Shown: positions 45,632-60,878 of the stretch, piece after piece
How positions within the stretch are numbered: position 1 is the stretch's first letter
Layout of the letters: the number at the start of each line of letters is the position of its first letter
Assembly (NCBI GenBank): GCA_012295275.1
Contig: CM022674.1
Coordinates: 2,976,001 to 3,040,000, forward strand
Direction of reading: 5' to 3'
DNA length: 64,000 nucleotides
Source: Chrysomallon squamiferum
Taxonomy: Eukaryota > Animalia > Mollusca
Translations under genes and position numbers: made by a program
The notes under the pieces: generated by a model
What the model saw: only the letters and a program-made list of their open reading frames with translations
Database searches by the model: none
What the model was told of the DNA's origin: nothing

Positions 45632-46787
45632 GTTAAAGCGACTGGATTTATAAAAAAGGATTGGATTTTTTTAGGAACTGTTTATGAGAAGGTAGATATG
45701 AAAATAAGTGTTGTTGCTAACTGATTGTCAATGTATGTGTACGTGAAGACGTACGCACATACGCACGTGAAAAAAATGAAGGATGGTAAGGGTCAGTTAA
45801 TATTCACTCGTTCGTCATTTGTTTATTTTTTCTTTTGTTCGCTCGTTCATTCATTCATTAGCTTCTGTATTCCTTTTTTTGTTTGTTCGTTCATTCATTA
45901 TTTCGTTACTAGTCCAATTTCGTAAACAAAGTTTCACATACATACGGTTCCTACGTAAGAGACGGACTATTATACTAAACTGACAATAAATCATCATTTT
46001 AGAGAAGAATAACATCACCGATGTAATAAATAGGTTATTTCACCTCATGTATATTCATTATCTTTTTTCTCCACACAAATTTACCAACTGAATGCCATCG
46101 ACACAGCCCTATCGGAAACGCAATTTGATTCTAATCTTATCGTGTTGAGTTTCTGCTGACTGTAATTTCAGACAAAAACACAATTTCAGTCATTGTTCAT
46201 TGATTAACCAAACCAGCGGTCGTAAATGTCGGCGTGAAAACGCAACAACAACAAAAAAACAAACAAACAAAAAAAAAAATGATAAAAAATGGATTTCGTG
46301 GAATTGAAAGGAATTAATAGTAATTATTTTCCTGGCTCTATTATGGTGTTGCCAGCAGCCTTATTGTTTTGCTCTAAATGATAAATAAACAGCGAGGCTT
46401 TGATACAACCGCGCAACTAAATGTATCGCTGAAAAGAAGACCACAGTCGTCACACGTCAAACGTTATAAAATGCCCGTAAAATATTTAGCAGAATTAAGC
46501 GATTGTTAACATTGATTACGTGGAATATATCGCGTCCATGATAATAATAACAATAATAAACAAACGTGATATTTACTGAAGAGAAGAAAAGAAAAAAAAA
46601 AAAAAAAAAAAAAAAGGAAAGAAAAAAAGCAATTTTGTTCGGTCTAATGACTCCCAATGAAATGAAGCATACCTGGCGATTGATAAGTCATTTCACCAGG
46701 GGAAAAGTTATTGTGTTGTGGTTGTCAGAAGATATATCGCTTATGATATTTCATATACCTGTCATCGCTATGGTCTGGTACACGGGA

Positions 46788-46826
<39 letters not shown>

Positions 46827-47431
46827 CGTGGGTGAGAGTAATCTAATCTGAAAAAAAAAAAGAAAAAAAAAAAATTTATAATCATTTGTCATGATGTCAT
46901 TCCACTTGTTGTGTGTTACCATGGAGACGACACCAAAAAACAATGACGTTTCTCAATTAACACAATAACTCTACTCCAAGATACGATCTAAGAACCCGAA
47001 TGTCATAAATCAAGTGTTTTAATAGTAATAGAGCTGTGAGTCTTTCATACACAAAAAACAAAGCAGTGAAAATCTTCATTGAGTCAGCACCGCTATTAAG
47101 ATTTTTATCAAAGAATAAAAAATGGAATCTGATTTTGGGACGCGAACTGTGAACGTATCAGTTTCAAATCCGATGGCATGAAATTAAGATGATTTCAAGC
47201 GTAGAGAAAAAAAAAAAATGAAATCGGTGACAGGATAGGATTTCAGTATCTTTGTTTTTAATTGAACACTACAAACACAAAGAAAAAAATATTTAATTGT
47301 TCAGTCAATCAACTGTGCAGACATAATTATGTTATATTCATTTTATTATTATCATCATTATTATTATTATTATTATTTTTATTGTTATTATTATTATTAT
47401 TGTTATTATTATTATTATTACTATTATTATT

Positions 47432-47464
<33 letters not shown>

Positions 47465-47467
47465 TTG

Positions 47468-47505
<38 letters not shown>

Positions 47506-48008
47506 TATCTATCGATCTGTCTGTCTGTCTATCTTTCTGCCTGTCTCTATTTGTCTTCTATGCATGGGTACATTCCGGTATCTCCACTAAATGTCTCTCA
47601 GTCATATTTGTCAATCGGAACATCATCATCAACTCCCCGTTTTTCCAAAAACGTGTGACCATGCAAGCCGCAAAAACACAAGAACATAGAACACACGCGC
47701 ACGCTTAGACACAACCGTGACCTTGGGCAAAGAAACCTGCAGAAGACATGTGTATTTGTTGTAACTATTCCTTCAGCGTGGACTTCTTGTTTTGCTCGTA
47801 AGATGAAAAAAAATGGCCCAAGGAAACACGGATGAAACAGCGACAACGAAGGACATCGTTTCAGTAATTGCCACCATGGTCTTTGGAGATGAACGAGAGT
47901 GACGACGACTAGCCAGAAGTGGGTGCGCGTACACGCCTCGTGCGTACCAACTACGGTTTTTGTAACAGCGCCAGCGTCTGTCGAAATGACGGCTTCAGTA
48001 ACGTGCTG

Positions 48009-48545
48009 ATAACGTGAATAGTGATGCGTTTGTGACGTGAATAGTGATGTGTTGGTTAAACGAAATGTTGATGTGTTTGTGACTTGAATGTTGATGTGTT
48101 GATGACTTGAATATTGATGTGCTTATGGTTTGCATTTTGTTGTGTTTATAACTTGAATATTGTTGCGTTGACGACTTCAATATTTATGTGTTTATGAACT
48201 GAATTGTTCTTTGTTTGTGACTTGAATAGTGATGTGTTGATTGAATAAATGTTGATGCGTTTGTGACTTGAATATTGATGTGTTGATAAATTGAATTTTG
48301 TTGTGTTTATGACTTGAATATTGTTGTGTTTATAACATTGAATTTTGTTGTGTTTATGACTTGAATACTGATGTGTTTATAACATGAGTATTTCTGTGTT
48401 TGAAACATGAATATCGATGTGTTTACGACTTAAACTTTTACTGTGTTTATTACTTGAATTGTTTTGTGTTTATGACTTGTTCCTTTTGTTGTGTTTACAT
48501 TTCGAAATTATGACTAGAATTCTGTCGTATTGCTGACATGAATAT
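48009..48545. repeat. Degenerate 23-bp minisatellite (GACTTGAATATTGATGTGTTTAT), ~23 units
   Basis: Direct reading: gacttgaat recurs with a ~23-bp period. Confidence 0.85.
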
Positions 48546-48859
48546 CACAGTATTGATAATCCTGATTACTTTAATTGTAATCCTATTTAAAACGTGAACA
48601 CTAAGCCGATGACTTCAATACAGTTATATTGACGGTCTCGGTATTACATCGACTGAATATTGCTTTATTAATACTCCAGCTGTTGTTGTATTGTCGATTT
48701 GATAATCATATTGTTGATATCAGATTTGTCGTATAATTGAATAGAATGAACATTATAAATAGAATGAGGCATATCGCGTGCACACACACACACGCACATG
48801 CGCGCACACATACATACTCACGCACATGCACAGCCACTGAAACATATATACAGATGCAC

Positions 48860-48957
<98 letters not shown>

Positions 48958-49726
48958 TGGAGTAGAGCAAGACAGTGAATATCAAAAGGTCTGACATTGT
49001 ACAAACATTATGCAGATGTTTTCGCATGAATCTTTTCGTTTATTTTTCTTTTATTAATAAAATAAATCATGAGAACTTTATGCACCAGCGGCAGTAAGAA
49101 TTAACAAGCACCTGACATTAAAAATGAGTTGACGTCTTTTTCAATGAAAAAAACCCTAATAATAATAAAAAAAAAAACAAAAAAAACATACAGTCATTTT
49201 AAATATAAATGTTAACTGCATCATAGGTTTTCTTTTTCTTGTTCTCCTTTTCATCATCATTATCTTCATCGTAATCATCATCATCATAATTATCCATTTT
49301 CGTCATAATCATCATTTTTCTACTTTTTCTTCTGATTCTACTTATTTTCTTTGTCTCTTTATAGCTACTACTAATTGTTTTTCTTGTTTAAATTATGTAT
49401 TAAATTTAGACAATTCATTACGAAATTCAGCTAATACGTTAAGAAAAAAAAAATAATAATAATAATAATAAAATAAAATAAAGTTTCGCTAAATAACCTG
49501 ACTAATAGGAAATAATTAAATAAAACGCTTGATTTCTGTAAATGTATTATCAAAATGCACGTAGTTTAAAACTCATTTATATGTACTTTATTTCACTCAT
49601 CGATTTTTTGTGAACTTCTCAACTATCGCAATTTGCTAGAACGAAGTATTAATGCAGGGGAGAAGCAAAAAGCTAAATTAGGAATCATGTTTAATGTTTA
49701 AATTGCTGTATTAATCATTATAACAT

Positions 49727-49795
<69 letters not shown>

Positions 49796-49919
49796 TATTT
49801 TTAGGATAACGTTGGCTTGCAAAATATTAAATTAACCGAGAGAATCATTCAGTCGTTCTTTCTTTTTTCTTTTTTTTTCCCATTTAGTCTTTATTCTGCT
49901 GTTTTATCGTTGCGTCATT

Positions 49920-50460
49920 CTCTCAGTAAGCCTGTAAGTCAGTCATTCATTACTCGTTCATTCAGTTAGTCTGTCAACTATCATGTCTGTCAGTCAGTCA
50001 GTTAACATGTCAGTCAGTCAGTCAGTCAGTCAGTCAGTCAGTCAGTCAGTCAGTCAGTCAGTCAGTCAGTCAGTCAGTCAGTCAGACGGTCACTCAGTCA
50101 GTCATTCATTCAGTCAGTCAGTCAGTCAGTCAGTCAGTCAGCCAATCAGTCAATCAGTCAGTCAGTCATTCAGTTACATTCAGTCAGTCAGTCAGTCAGT
50201 CAGTCAGTCATTCAGCCAGTCAGTCAGCCAGTCAGTCATTCGGCCAGTCAGTCAATCAGTCAATCAGTCAGTCAGTCAGTCAGTCAATCAGTCAATCAGT
50301 TAATCAGTCAGTCAGTCACTTACTCCGTGGGTCAGTTATTCAGACAGTTAATCTGTCAGCCAGCCAGTCAAGTTATCCAGACAGTCACTTAGCGAGTTAA
50401 TGGCTCAGTTAGTCATACACTCTCAGTTATTTAGTCAGTCAGTTAGAAAGTCAGTCAGAC
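49920..50460. repeat. (CAGT)n tetranucleotide array with degenerate flanks
   Basis: Pure core ~50010-50085, progressively degenerate outward. Confidence 0.95.
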
Positions 50461-52274
50461 ATAAACTGTTTGATTTATTTAGACAGTTCGTTACTCTGTT
50501 ATAAAGGCAATATGCTGTTCAATGGTGCAGACATTCTATTAACTGTTTTATTGTTTTATTTATTTATTTACATATTTATTTATTTTTTTTTTTTTTTTTA
50601 TTTTTATTTATTCATTCATTTCATTTCATTTTATTTCAACAAAACATTTTTATTTTAACGATTTAAAAGTTTTCAAATATTCACAATCAAATAACCAGCA
50701 ACAGCAGTAGCAAAAAAAAAAAAAAAAAAAAAAATCGTCAATAATACAAACAAACACACACACAGACACACACACACACAAAAAAAAAAAAACCATACAT
50801 ATAATAATAAATCATCCTTACACCATTAGCTCTGTGTAACGGATATACTGAGCTGTACAGATCTTACTGGATTTTTCACACGTTTGAAATGATTGGGCGA
50901 CTGAGTATCCTGACTTCCCGTGGCTCGCTATTAAAGCAAGACTCGGGAATTAACTAGAACTGTCGCTTTGATTTCGTTTTAACTCTCTCTTGTTTCACAC
51001 TTAGCAGCTTCTCCTCCGCTGTCGACGACGACTTTGCCTCCAGCGCGGAGGGTCTCTGTATCGATTCGCCTTCAAGGACCAAGACAGATCAAGACTTCGG
51101 GAATCAAAGGATTCATTTAATTGTTCAAGTGGACGCTTTCTTTATAATTTTTTTTTCTTTTTTAATTTTTTTTTTCTTTTTTTTTTTCAAGTGCAGTTGT
51201 TGTTTACTTTGAAGTAGTGGCCGAATCACACTTACTTGTACTATTACTTTGACGGTGGAGATACTGAAATTTCAATAACATATTTTGTCACTTACGAATA
51301 ATAATCAAAATGGACGTAACTAGTTGAAGGACTGCACAGAGAGACTGAAAACTGTGCACTGCGTTTGAAATGCTGCATTGTGTTTAGTTCGAAAACACGC
51401 GTAAAATTAATTTGGCCGAAGAATGAAAATGGATTTAAGTAGCCTGTAAAGTGTATTGTGACGCTATGGACAGTGCTTAAAATGCAATCTTCTTTTTTTT
51501 TGTCTTCTACATAGTCCATAAACATGCATCAAAACGGAGCATTGTCCTGAAAATGTAAGGTAGTTAAATCGTAAATCATGTCCAGAGTTAATTTCCAGTC
51601 ACTTTGTGGATATCAGTGAGGTACAAGAGATGTGACAAATGTTGTGGTGGTTGCTACTTGAAGATGGGTGTCGTTTGTGAGTAGCTTACACAGAAGTCAC
51701 ACAATCCATTCTCGGATAGAGAAAAATCAGAATATTCTTCAGACGCATGACGATATTAATAGACGAAAAAACACCAGAATAGATAGTGTTTGTGAAAGTC
51801 TATAAATTTACTACAGGAAAAAAACCCTGGGAACCTACGTCTTAGCGTCACTGTTCATTTCTCACTGGCAGGATGTCCGATCGCCTGCACAAACTAGATA
51901 GGTAAGTAGTCTAGAATTAAGCGAAACAAAAAAAAAATGAGGAAAAAAATGTCTGTGAAGTATATGAAATAGTTTTTGTGGTCGAGTTGTGTAAAATTTG
52001 TGTGTACGAAGTCTGGACTTGATGAGCAAAGTTTCTATCAGAAAAAAAAAATCCTGATTGTAAAGGGTCATTAAAACCAGTACACGACAGATTGTTTTTT
52101 TTTTCTCTCGTGGTTTAAAGGCTTCGGAAATGCACACACTGACGTAAAGACGTTGCAGTCCTCTGATAATAAACAAAACGTTCAGAATGAAAAAACGAAA
52201 TGTTTTTTTCTCTAATTATACGCATTTAATCCACGTGTAGCTTCAGATTACCTGATGTCGGATAATGCCAAAAG

Positions 52275-52460
52275 ACGATTATAGATAACGAGAAAAAGCA
52301 ACCCGCATTCGTTATTCTTTGTTTATTAGCAGGGAGAGATCGTTAACATGCACCCTCTCACAGGTGGGAACACTTTTGTCAGAGTTATTTTGTGAACTTG
52401 TTAACGGGCGGTAACTGGAATGGGAAATAAGCCAAGATAAGACGCAAGGATACTGACCTC
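52275..52460 (-). mobile_element. Degenerate SINE fragment (same family)
   Basis: aacccgc..attagcag..atgcaccctctcacag..ctggaatgggaaataagcc is collinear with the reverse complement of the SINE body and mutually similar to 6829-6866. Confidence 0.5.
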
Positions 52461-53596
52461 TGACATCAGAGGTCAGCTGACGTTCTCAGTGGTCTAAAAT
52501 GCTTACTGTTTCTCTGACGCTGAGCGATGTAATAACAATAGCTGTTGTCACAGCTGTTACGTCACTAAACTACTTTAACTGTAAATTGCAGATGTTTTTT
52601 GGCTACTCTCGTGGGTGAAACAAAAGAATTATTATTGCATTAGACGACACGTTAAGACCATTTCTTTTGTACACATTTTTTTTTTTTTTATACGCTAGAA
52701 TTACAGTTTCATTTCCCAATGCTTCTCTCTGCTTCCAAACATTACGTAACATTTCTGAAACCTTTGATAATCACAGAAACATTAGAGTAGCCGTGTTACA
52801 CCAGAACAATTATTTTCATTATCTAAGCCGCTGTTGTGCAATATTCATCACATATTCTACTCCGAGCTCAAATACCTCTCTCGTGAACGTAATTCCAGGC
52901 GTTCAGAACATTTATAGATCTTTTTATTTGATTTTTTTTTTTTTTTTTTTTTATATTTCTTTTTACGTTTATTTCCTCAATATCAACAACATCAATATTA
53001 GAAGCTGGATTTTATATTAAATATCAGTATTGCATTGTTTTCATTCATCAGCATTTTTATTTATTTTATTAAATGGAAAATGGAAGTGTGAGTGAGTGTA
53101 TGTTGTATAGGACAGGTGCATAAGGACACTTAATGGGTTAGCCAGTGAAAGATGCCCTTTTTTTTTTTTTAATTACTGGTACCGAAATCGCATTGGCGAT
53201 AATTCAGACCTTTTTAGATTTTCTCGTTTCGCTGATAGAAAAACGAGGTGGTCTAAGTGGAACTGGATAAACAGGCTTTCAGTGACCACAGACGTAAATC
53301 AAATATGTGTCCAGAGGTTCTAACGCAGATTTGATTTCGTTTTTATCGGTCGACTCGTTGATGGAGCTGTAATGAAAAGATCTTGTCGCGATGGACCAAA
53401 GCAATGAATGGAGCTTTGAAATTAGTGTAGAAACGTAAGTAAGTGACGTCCTATATTTACTTATGACTTTGATGATGATGATGATGATGATGATGACGAT
53501 GATGTTGATGATTTATTAATTTCTGGTTGTTTTGTTATTATATTTTTCCAAACTCTTGTTTCCGGTTATTATTATTATTATTTTTATTATTATTAT

Positions 53597-53704
<108 letters not shown>

Positions 53705-54540
53705 ATTCATTCTTTCTCTCTATCCCTCACTCTTTCTTTCTCTGTTATTCTCTCTTTGTCTCTCTGAACGCATAAAAAAAAACTATAAGAAGGTAGCTAG
53801 CCAACAATTTCAATATAAATTTTGCTAGTAACGTAAGATTATTCCAAAACAGGTTTGCATCATCGTAAAATTGTATTCTCAATCGCAGTTTCGCGTGATA
53901 TTAAATAAACAATATTTTCGAGATAACAGAGATTTTACACAAAAAAAACAACAAAACAACATCTCACAAAACTTTGAAATAAGAAGAAAACTAAATACAG
54001 GCTTTAGAATTCGACTGAAATAATTTCCACGCTGTTTAAACAAAATGTAAAGCTCAGCTCCTTGTATAAACAAACAAAATGTTTTAAAGCTTTATAACAA
54101 TATTGTCTTAACGGTGGCGCGGTTGAAAAGTAATATATCACAGAGCCAAATGCAACGTTTATTTAAGTGGCAATTTTGTCGATCTTAAATAAATCAGACT
54201 GTCATTTTGTAATACGCAGACAAATATATCATTTCAAGGCTTGAGTGTATGTTACTGTCGTATCCACACTGATTCCTATTTAACAACCGCTACACAACAA
54301 ACGTTGGCAATTCTTAACAATAAATTAAATCGCCACGTTATTAGTTGTTCGCTAGGGTCAATGAAAACGTGGACTGTATTTCAAATGTATTAGTTGTTTG
54401 TTTTGTTGATTATTATTTATTATTTTTTTTCCACTGATTACGGCATTATTTGTCCAGCTTGTTTTTCTATGCTGGAAATGAAATCATTTTGTGATAATAA
54501 CAAATGTTTGTTATTCCTGTTTGAATATTTCAGTTTGCTC

Positions 54541-54614
<74 letters not shown>

Positions 54615-54994
54615 CTTGTCTCTTTGTCTCGAGAACGGATGTGTATAAGACAAAAGTAAAAAAGAAACATCACAGTTCGAATTACGTCAATACTTTCTTT
54701 CTGCAGTTTTTTGCTTTCCTTGATTTAAAATGACAAATTATTTTCCTTCTGGTTTCCTTCTTTTCTTTCTTTCTGGTTTTTCTTCTTCTTTTTTTTTTTT
54801 TTTTAATTTTTTCGCTTTCTTTTATTTCCTCCTTTTTACAAAACTTAAACAAAATAAAAAACAAAAAACAAAAAAAATAAAAATTCCTTCAGCTTCATCA
54901 TGAACATCTCAACAAACAAAGAACGGAACTTTCCTGGTTTACAATAAAACCGGCACACACACAAAAAAAACCCTCCAAAAACTCTTTATCTTAG

Positions 54995-55460
54995 AACGCT
55001 CGCTGATTGGCTGAATTTTCTTCGTGCCGTAACCCGTTTTCAATTAGCAAGGTCTCTCTTGGTCACTTGTGATCTAATTCACCCTTCTGAATTATTTTTA
55101 TGAATGACAAAACGTGCGAGCTTTCAAAGGTTTCGTCTGGCCACCGAGAGGCCAGATTTAAATTATGTTTCACGGGCGGGAATAATTGGACGAAGACGCT
55201 GCAACATCGCTCATTAGTTTGTTCAACACTTGCGCGCGCGTGCAAGGCGGAAATCTCGAGGGGGTGTGTGTGTAAAATAAAAACGTATTACTTTTGTCTA
55301 TGACGTCATCAGCGTGTCGCGTAATTGTCATCGCCGTTCAGAGAAGCAGGTTCGGTGAAGTGATTACACTTGAAGAAAAAAACATAACGAGCAATATTAA
55401 TAACGTTTCGTAGAGCGCGGGTACTCGAAAGAACGAGTGTGACGTCATCAATTATCCGAG
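54995..55460. promoter_or_regulatory. CpG-rich candidate enhancer/promoter with two full CRE palindromes and an inverted CCAAT box
   Basis: TGACGTCA(TCA) at 55301 and 55440, GCTGATTGGCT at ~55002-55012, and many CpGs. Confidence 0.35.
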
Positions 55461-56094
55461 TCTGTTTGAAGTTATTTCGTGAATGACCTTGGTAGTGAAG
55501 AATTATAATGACAAGTTTTCGTCGTTTCTTTTCATTGTCTTTTTATTTTTATATATTTATTATTATTTTTTTTATTTTTTTATTTTTTTTTTGGAATTCG
55601 TAGTTCTTTGAAAGCAAAAAATATGTCTTCTGTATTTTTCTCATCCCATTTCGACTGCGCAACAACGTTCCTTCCTGCGCAACGTTCGTATACAAAACGT
55701 AAGCACAAACGAGACGACTAAATGCGAAATGTCCCGAAGCAGAAATGCGCGTGCTCCTGGCGGTTTCTTTGAAATATCTTTATTTGATGAGCTCTCGTGT
55801 CAAACATAAAAAGTTCGCGCATGATGTGGAGAAGAAAGTCGCTGGCAATTAGAAGAATCTTGTTAACCGAGTTCGGTCTAATCAGAAATCCTGCGCAGAA
55901 TAAAATATGAAATATTCCGCGACAGGTAGCCTTGTGCCATAAAGGTTTGTTGTGTGTGTATGGATAGATGGATGGATGGATGGATGGAGAGATGGATGGA
56001 GAGATGGATAGAGAGATGGAGGGATGAATACATGATTGTATGTTCGTATTTACGTATGTACCTATCTATATATATTTACGAATACATTTATACA

Positions 56095-56153
<59 letters not shown>

Positions 56154-56579
56154 ATATATGGATATATTTATATATGCATATATGTGTGTGTATGTAAGTA
56201 TGTTTATATGTGTACGTTTGTTTTTATATGCGTATATGTCTATATACGTTCATTCACATATGTTATGCTTTTACAAATGGCATTTTTATTCAGATCTCAA
56301 CTATGATTATTTATGTTGTTATTGATATATTACAGTTACGAAAATCTGTAACCTATGACCTCCAGTTTTCTAAATTCCTTGCTCTGCTTTATATTACTTT
56401 GATGTCTAAAACGTAAAACCCACAAATCTTATTTGATGAGTTATATAATCTTTGTTATCGACCAAATTCCAGTTGTGCACTGCTTTCTCCATCATCTATT
56501 TTCATTATCTTTCTATCTGTTTTGGTTCTCTCTTTCTTGTCATCTCTTTATTTCTCTATATTTTCTCTCATTCTCTGTA

Positions 56580-56598
56580 CTCTCTCTCTCTCTCTCTC

Positions 56599-56691
<93 letters not shown>

Positions 56692-56718
56692 TCTGTATCT
56701 CCATATCTCTCTTCTCTT

Positions 56719-56795
<77 letters not shown>

Positions 56796-56820
56796 CTCTC
56801 TGTATCTCCATATCTCTCTT

Positions 56821-56915
<95 letters not shown>
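56580..56915. repeat. (CT)n array containing a duplicated interruption block
   Basis: atctatctatctctctgtatctccatatctctcttctcttctct appears twice (~56679 and ~56786). Confidence 0.85.
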
Positions 56916-56918
<3 letters not shown>

Positions 56919-59900
56919 ACTCAAACATATTTCTCTTATAGATCGGTACCGTCAGATAACTGTAGAATTATTTCTTTTAATGCTTTTGTCCTCTTTATTT
57001 CCTCTCCAAACAGGCGCCGTCTATTGGAAAGACGTATATATATAAAATTTTTTTAATAAACTTACATTTGACGACGATGAAGATAAATCGAAAGACTCGC
57101 TGCTGTTGAAGTTTTAATTAGAATTTAGAGTGATGAAACGCTAACAGATCATTCCCGGGTCTTAAATTTACGATGCATCTGTTTCTGTGCGCCTTTCCGA
57201 CACGATGAAAATAACCCAGCGCATTTCCTTTGCATGCAGATCTACTTAATATTTGTCATATAGTTTTCTCATTTTTGAGAAATCACCGGCATCGAGACGT
57301 TTCGCTTTTTGACGGAATCTTTTTGAAGCTGTCGTTTCGAGTTTTTTTTTGAAAGTCATGCCTCTGCTTGCTGATATTGGATTTAAATGAAATGTTTGAC
57401 AGGTGGTTCAAGTTTTTTTAATTTCTTTTTACCAAAAAAAAAAAAAAAATATTAATTGTTCTTGACATATCTTTCTTTTCAAGTGGGAAGGAAAAAGATA
57501 GGTTTTTGGCAGGCGATGTGTGCATGTTTGGGTTTTGCTTTATTTATTTATTTGTTTGTTTGTTTGTTTGTTTGTTTGTTTGTTTGTTTGTTTGTTTGTT
57601 TGTTTGTTTGTTTATTTATTTATTTAGTTAGTTAGTTAGGTAGTTATTATTATTGTATATATCATTTTTTTTTTTTATTTATTTTTTATTTTTTTTAGGG
57701 TATGGGAATATTAAGACTCTATTTGTCTTTTTTTATTTATTTTTTTTTTCCCGAAAAGTTTATATAATCTTACATTATTATTAAATATTATTCAGTTGAT
57801 ATGATTTGGACACCACACCACAGAAATTGTGTCTGGAAATTGTTGTTTTTAAGTTTCACTTACCTATTACGTAATCTTAATTTAATTCTAGATCTGATTT
57901 AGCAGACACTACTTCGATATCTGGGTAATTTTAATCCAAACTATAAATACTGGAAATTATTTGAATTTAAATACATTAAGACCAGACGTAATAACTGAAT
58001 AACTGTAAATTAATGTGAATAACTGGATACTTTACTGTTAATAAACGTTCTGTTCTGTCTTCGTGAACCGCTGGAATTAACCTAAACAAATATCAGTGGA
58101 AACTTCTTAAGATACAACAGATCTTCTAACCAAAACGTTAACGAATATGAATAATTTGATATTCATTCTTTGATGATACGGAAATTTCATTTCAGCGTCA
58201 CTCCAAACACTAAGCAGATATTGGTAGAAATCGTCAAATGCTAATACAACCTAGTTTAGGACATATCTTTTGCGCTTCGTGTTTTAAATTTACGTGATCA
58301 GTTCAGTAGATTTGCTTTGATATTGTTGATATTTTTCTTTTAATCTTGCAATAGCAAATGCAGATATTTTTATTTTTATTTTTTTTATATATAATTTTTT
58401 TTTTTTGTGTAGGACCTGCATGTAGTGGCTTAAATTTAAGCTGATAATAATAATAATAATAAAAAAAAAAAAATAATAATTCAATTTTCCTTTGATACGT
58501 TCGAAAGCTGAGTTATCCCAAATCCAAACAAACATGTGCAAAGATGTAAATAGTTACGGAAAGGGATATTACGGTTCGATTTCAACTTGAGATGAACCAC
58601 TGATTAGATATGCTTTAATATCACGTAAACTGTTTGAACACTGGTTCTGCCCATGCTAAATAAATATCAAAACTGTGATAACGCAGATATTAGCCGTGCA
58701 TCTGTTTAAACCCAGATAATGAACAAATATTTATTCTTGCGTTAGAAAGTAAATATCTAGAACCTCTTCTTTTTTCATTTTCTCATTTTTTTTTTTTTTA
58801 ACTTTTTAATATTTTAAATATATATATATATATTTTTATGTTTACTGTAATTTTCTTCTTCTTCTTGTTAGTTTTTGTCTTTGTTTTCTTTTGTTCATGT
58901 TCGTCACAATCCGCTGATATAAAGGCAAATATTAATATTAAATTTATCTTTCAAGTACCCACGCACTCTCAATAAATATTTGCACGCAGATACACAAACA
59001 TGCACACATAAACACACTCAGCAAATACACACCTACAGATTTCACAAATTCGTCACAGCATGAATAAACATACTTGAAGATGCACAAAAAATTAAACATG
59101 CACATTATCACGTCACTGCATGCTCACATACACAAAATATATCTACACTTAGCATGAACGTCATATCATATTTTACACCAACTCATAACCAATACAAAAT
59201 AAATAAATAAATAAAAATTTAAACAAAAAACAAAAAATAAAAAAATAAACAAATATAAAAAATAAAAATAAAACGCAGTAAAGTGAATAATCCTTTCTGT
59301 TAATTTATTGCTAACAAAAATTTATTTTTATTTTTCTTTATTTTTATTTTATCTGTAAACAGATACAAAAAAAACAACAACACCCAGCCAATTACTTCAG
59401 TTTACGTGACAAAAGTCATTTCTACTCGGCTCGAATATTGTTAATGTCCACGCTTCCTTTCCAGCAAATTAAATACAATAAAATCAAAATGTCAATCTGA
59501 ACTGAAACGTCGCCAGCAAAAATTTAACCTTTCTTCTTCGTAATTAAACAACATAGATGAATCACATGCAAAATTCTTTTATTTTTTTTCCTGTTTATTG
59601 TGTAACGCATAAATAAAACAATACAACACTGCATTAGACATAGAGGGAAGGACAAGAATCATAGTTCTCGTTGTTGTTGCGTTGTTTCTAATCTCATCGT
59701 ACTTTGCGCTAAATACAGGTTTTCAAAATTTGGATATAAAACAAAGATATTCACAGAGAAAGAAAGCAAAGATAAATGAGGTCTTAAATAATTTGCATAT
59801 CCAAAATTCCCGGTTCGTTATCATTTTGGGTCCAGTGTCAGAATTGCTCAATGTAGATTTTGTAAAATTAAAAAAACAAACAAATATGAGGTCTTATACA

Positions 59901-60698
59901 AACATAAGTATTTATGTACATACGTACATACCTACTTACGTAATATACATATATGCATACATATATTCATTCACACATACATTATATACACACATGTGTA
60001 CATACATACATGCATACATACATACATACATACATACAAACATACATACACACGTGCATACACACGTACGTACGTACTTTCTCCTGTGTATTTCTGTCTG
60101 TCTCTCTCCATCTCTCTCAGTCTGTATCTTTGTCTAATATTTAAAATAAACGAATATAAAACCACTTTTGCGGTATTCACTGTCAATCAAGCTTTTGTTT
60201 TCGACTATTCACTTGCAACATATTCAGTTGTTAACCTTTTATTAGTTTAAGATAAGTTACTAACGAAATTATTCTCGTGCCGTTATACAGTCCTTTATGC
60301 TTGGAATTGTGTACACTGTCGTAATGGCTAAAACTGGCTTTTGCGAAAAGATCTAAATATTTATAATAAAACTAACAACAAAAACAACCAGGTGAGCAGC
60401 AACAACAACACCAACAACAACGATAGTAATACTACTACTACTACTACTACTACTATTACTACTTTTACTAAAATATTTGAATATTTATAATAATACTAAC
60501 AATACTAACAATAATAATAATTTAATGTTAATAAAAAAGAAATCTGTTTAAATAATGTTTTTTTTGTTATTATAGCAATGCTATTTTTCTCTGTGATTAT
60601 TATTGTTATTATTATTATTATTATTATTACTATTATTATTATTATTATTAATATTATTATTGCTGTTGTTGTTGTTGTGGTTGTTGTTCTTGCTGTTA

Positions 60699-60731
<33 letters not shown>

Positions 60732-60764
60732 CATCATTATTGGCAGATGTTGAAGTTGATATTA

Positions 60765-60783
60765 CTGTTAACTTTCGTTTCAG
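60765..60783 (+). promoter_or_regulatory. 3' splice acceptor of the coding exon (exon would begin at 60784; intron within the 5'UTR)
   Basis: ctgttaactttcgtttcag|ACC: branch-like TTAAC, pyrimidine tract and CAG. It sits exactly at the transition from (ATT)n/(GTT)n low-complexity DNA to complex sequence, 94 nt before the ATG. Confidence 0.7.
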
Positions 60784-60815
60784 ACCATCGGACACATCTG
60801 GTGCTAGAGCTTAGT

Positions 60816-60878
60816 ATGGGCCGGAGTTGATATGACCTTCACCTTGATCAGCAACCTATGGGTCACATACGGAGCTGA
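60816..60878 (+). promoter_or_regulatory. Cluster of three upstream ATGs/uORFs in the putative 5'UTR
   Basis: ATG 60816 gives MGRS* (to 60830). ATG 60832 opens a 74-aa out-of-frame ORF overlapping the CDS to 61056. ATG 60858 gives MGHIRS*, whose TGA (60876-60878) overlaps the main ATG (TGATG). Confidence 0.55.

Noticed and set aside
47870-47902. Perfect vertebrate Kozak GCCACCATGG after an acceptor-like tttcag
   Set aside because: It opens only MVFGDERE* (8 aa) with no supporting donor, so it is probably chance.
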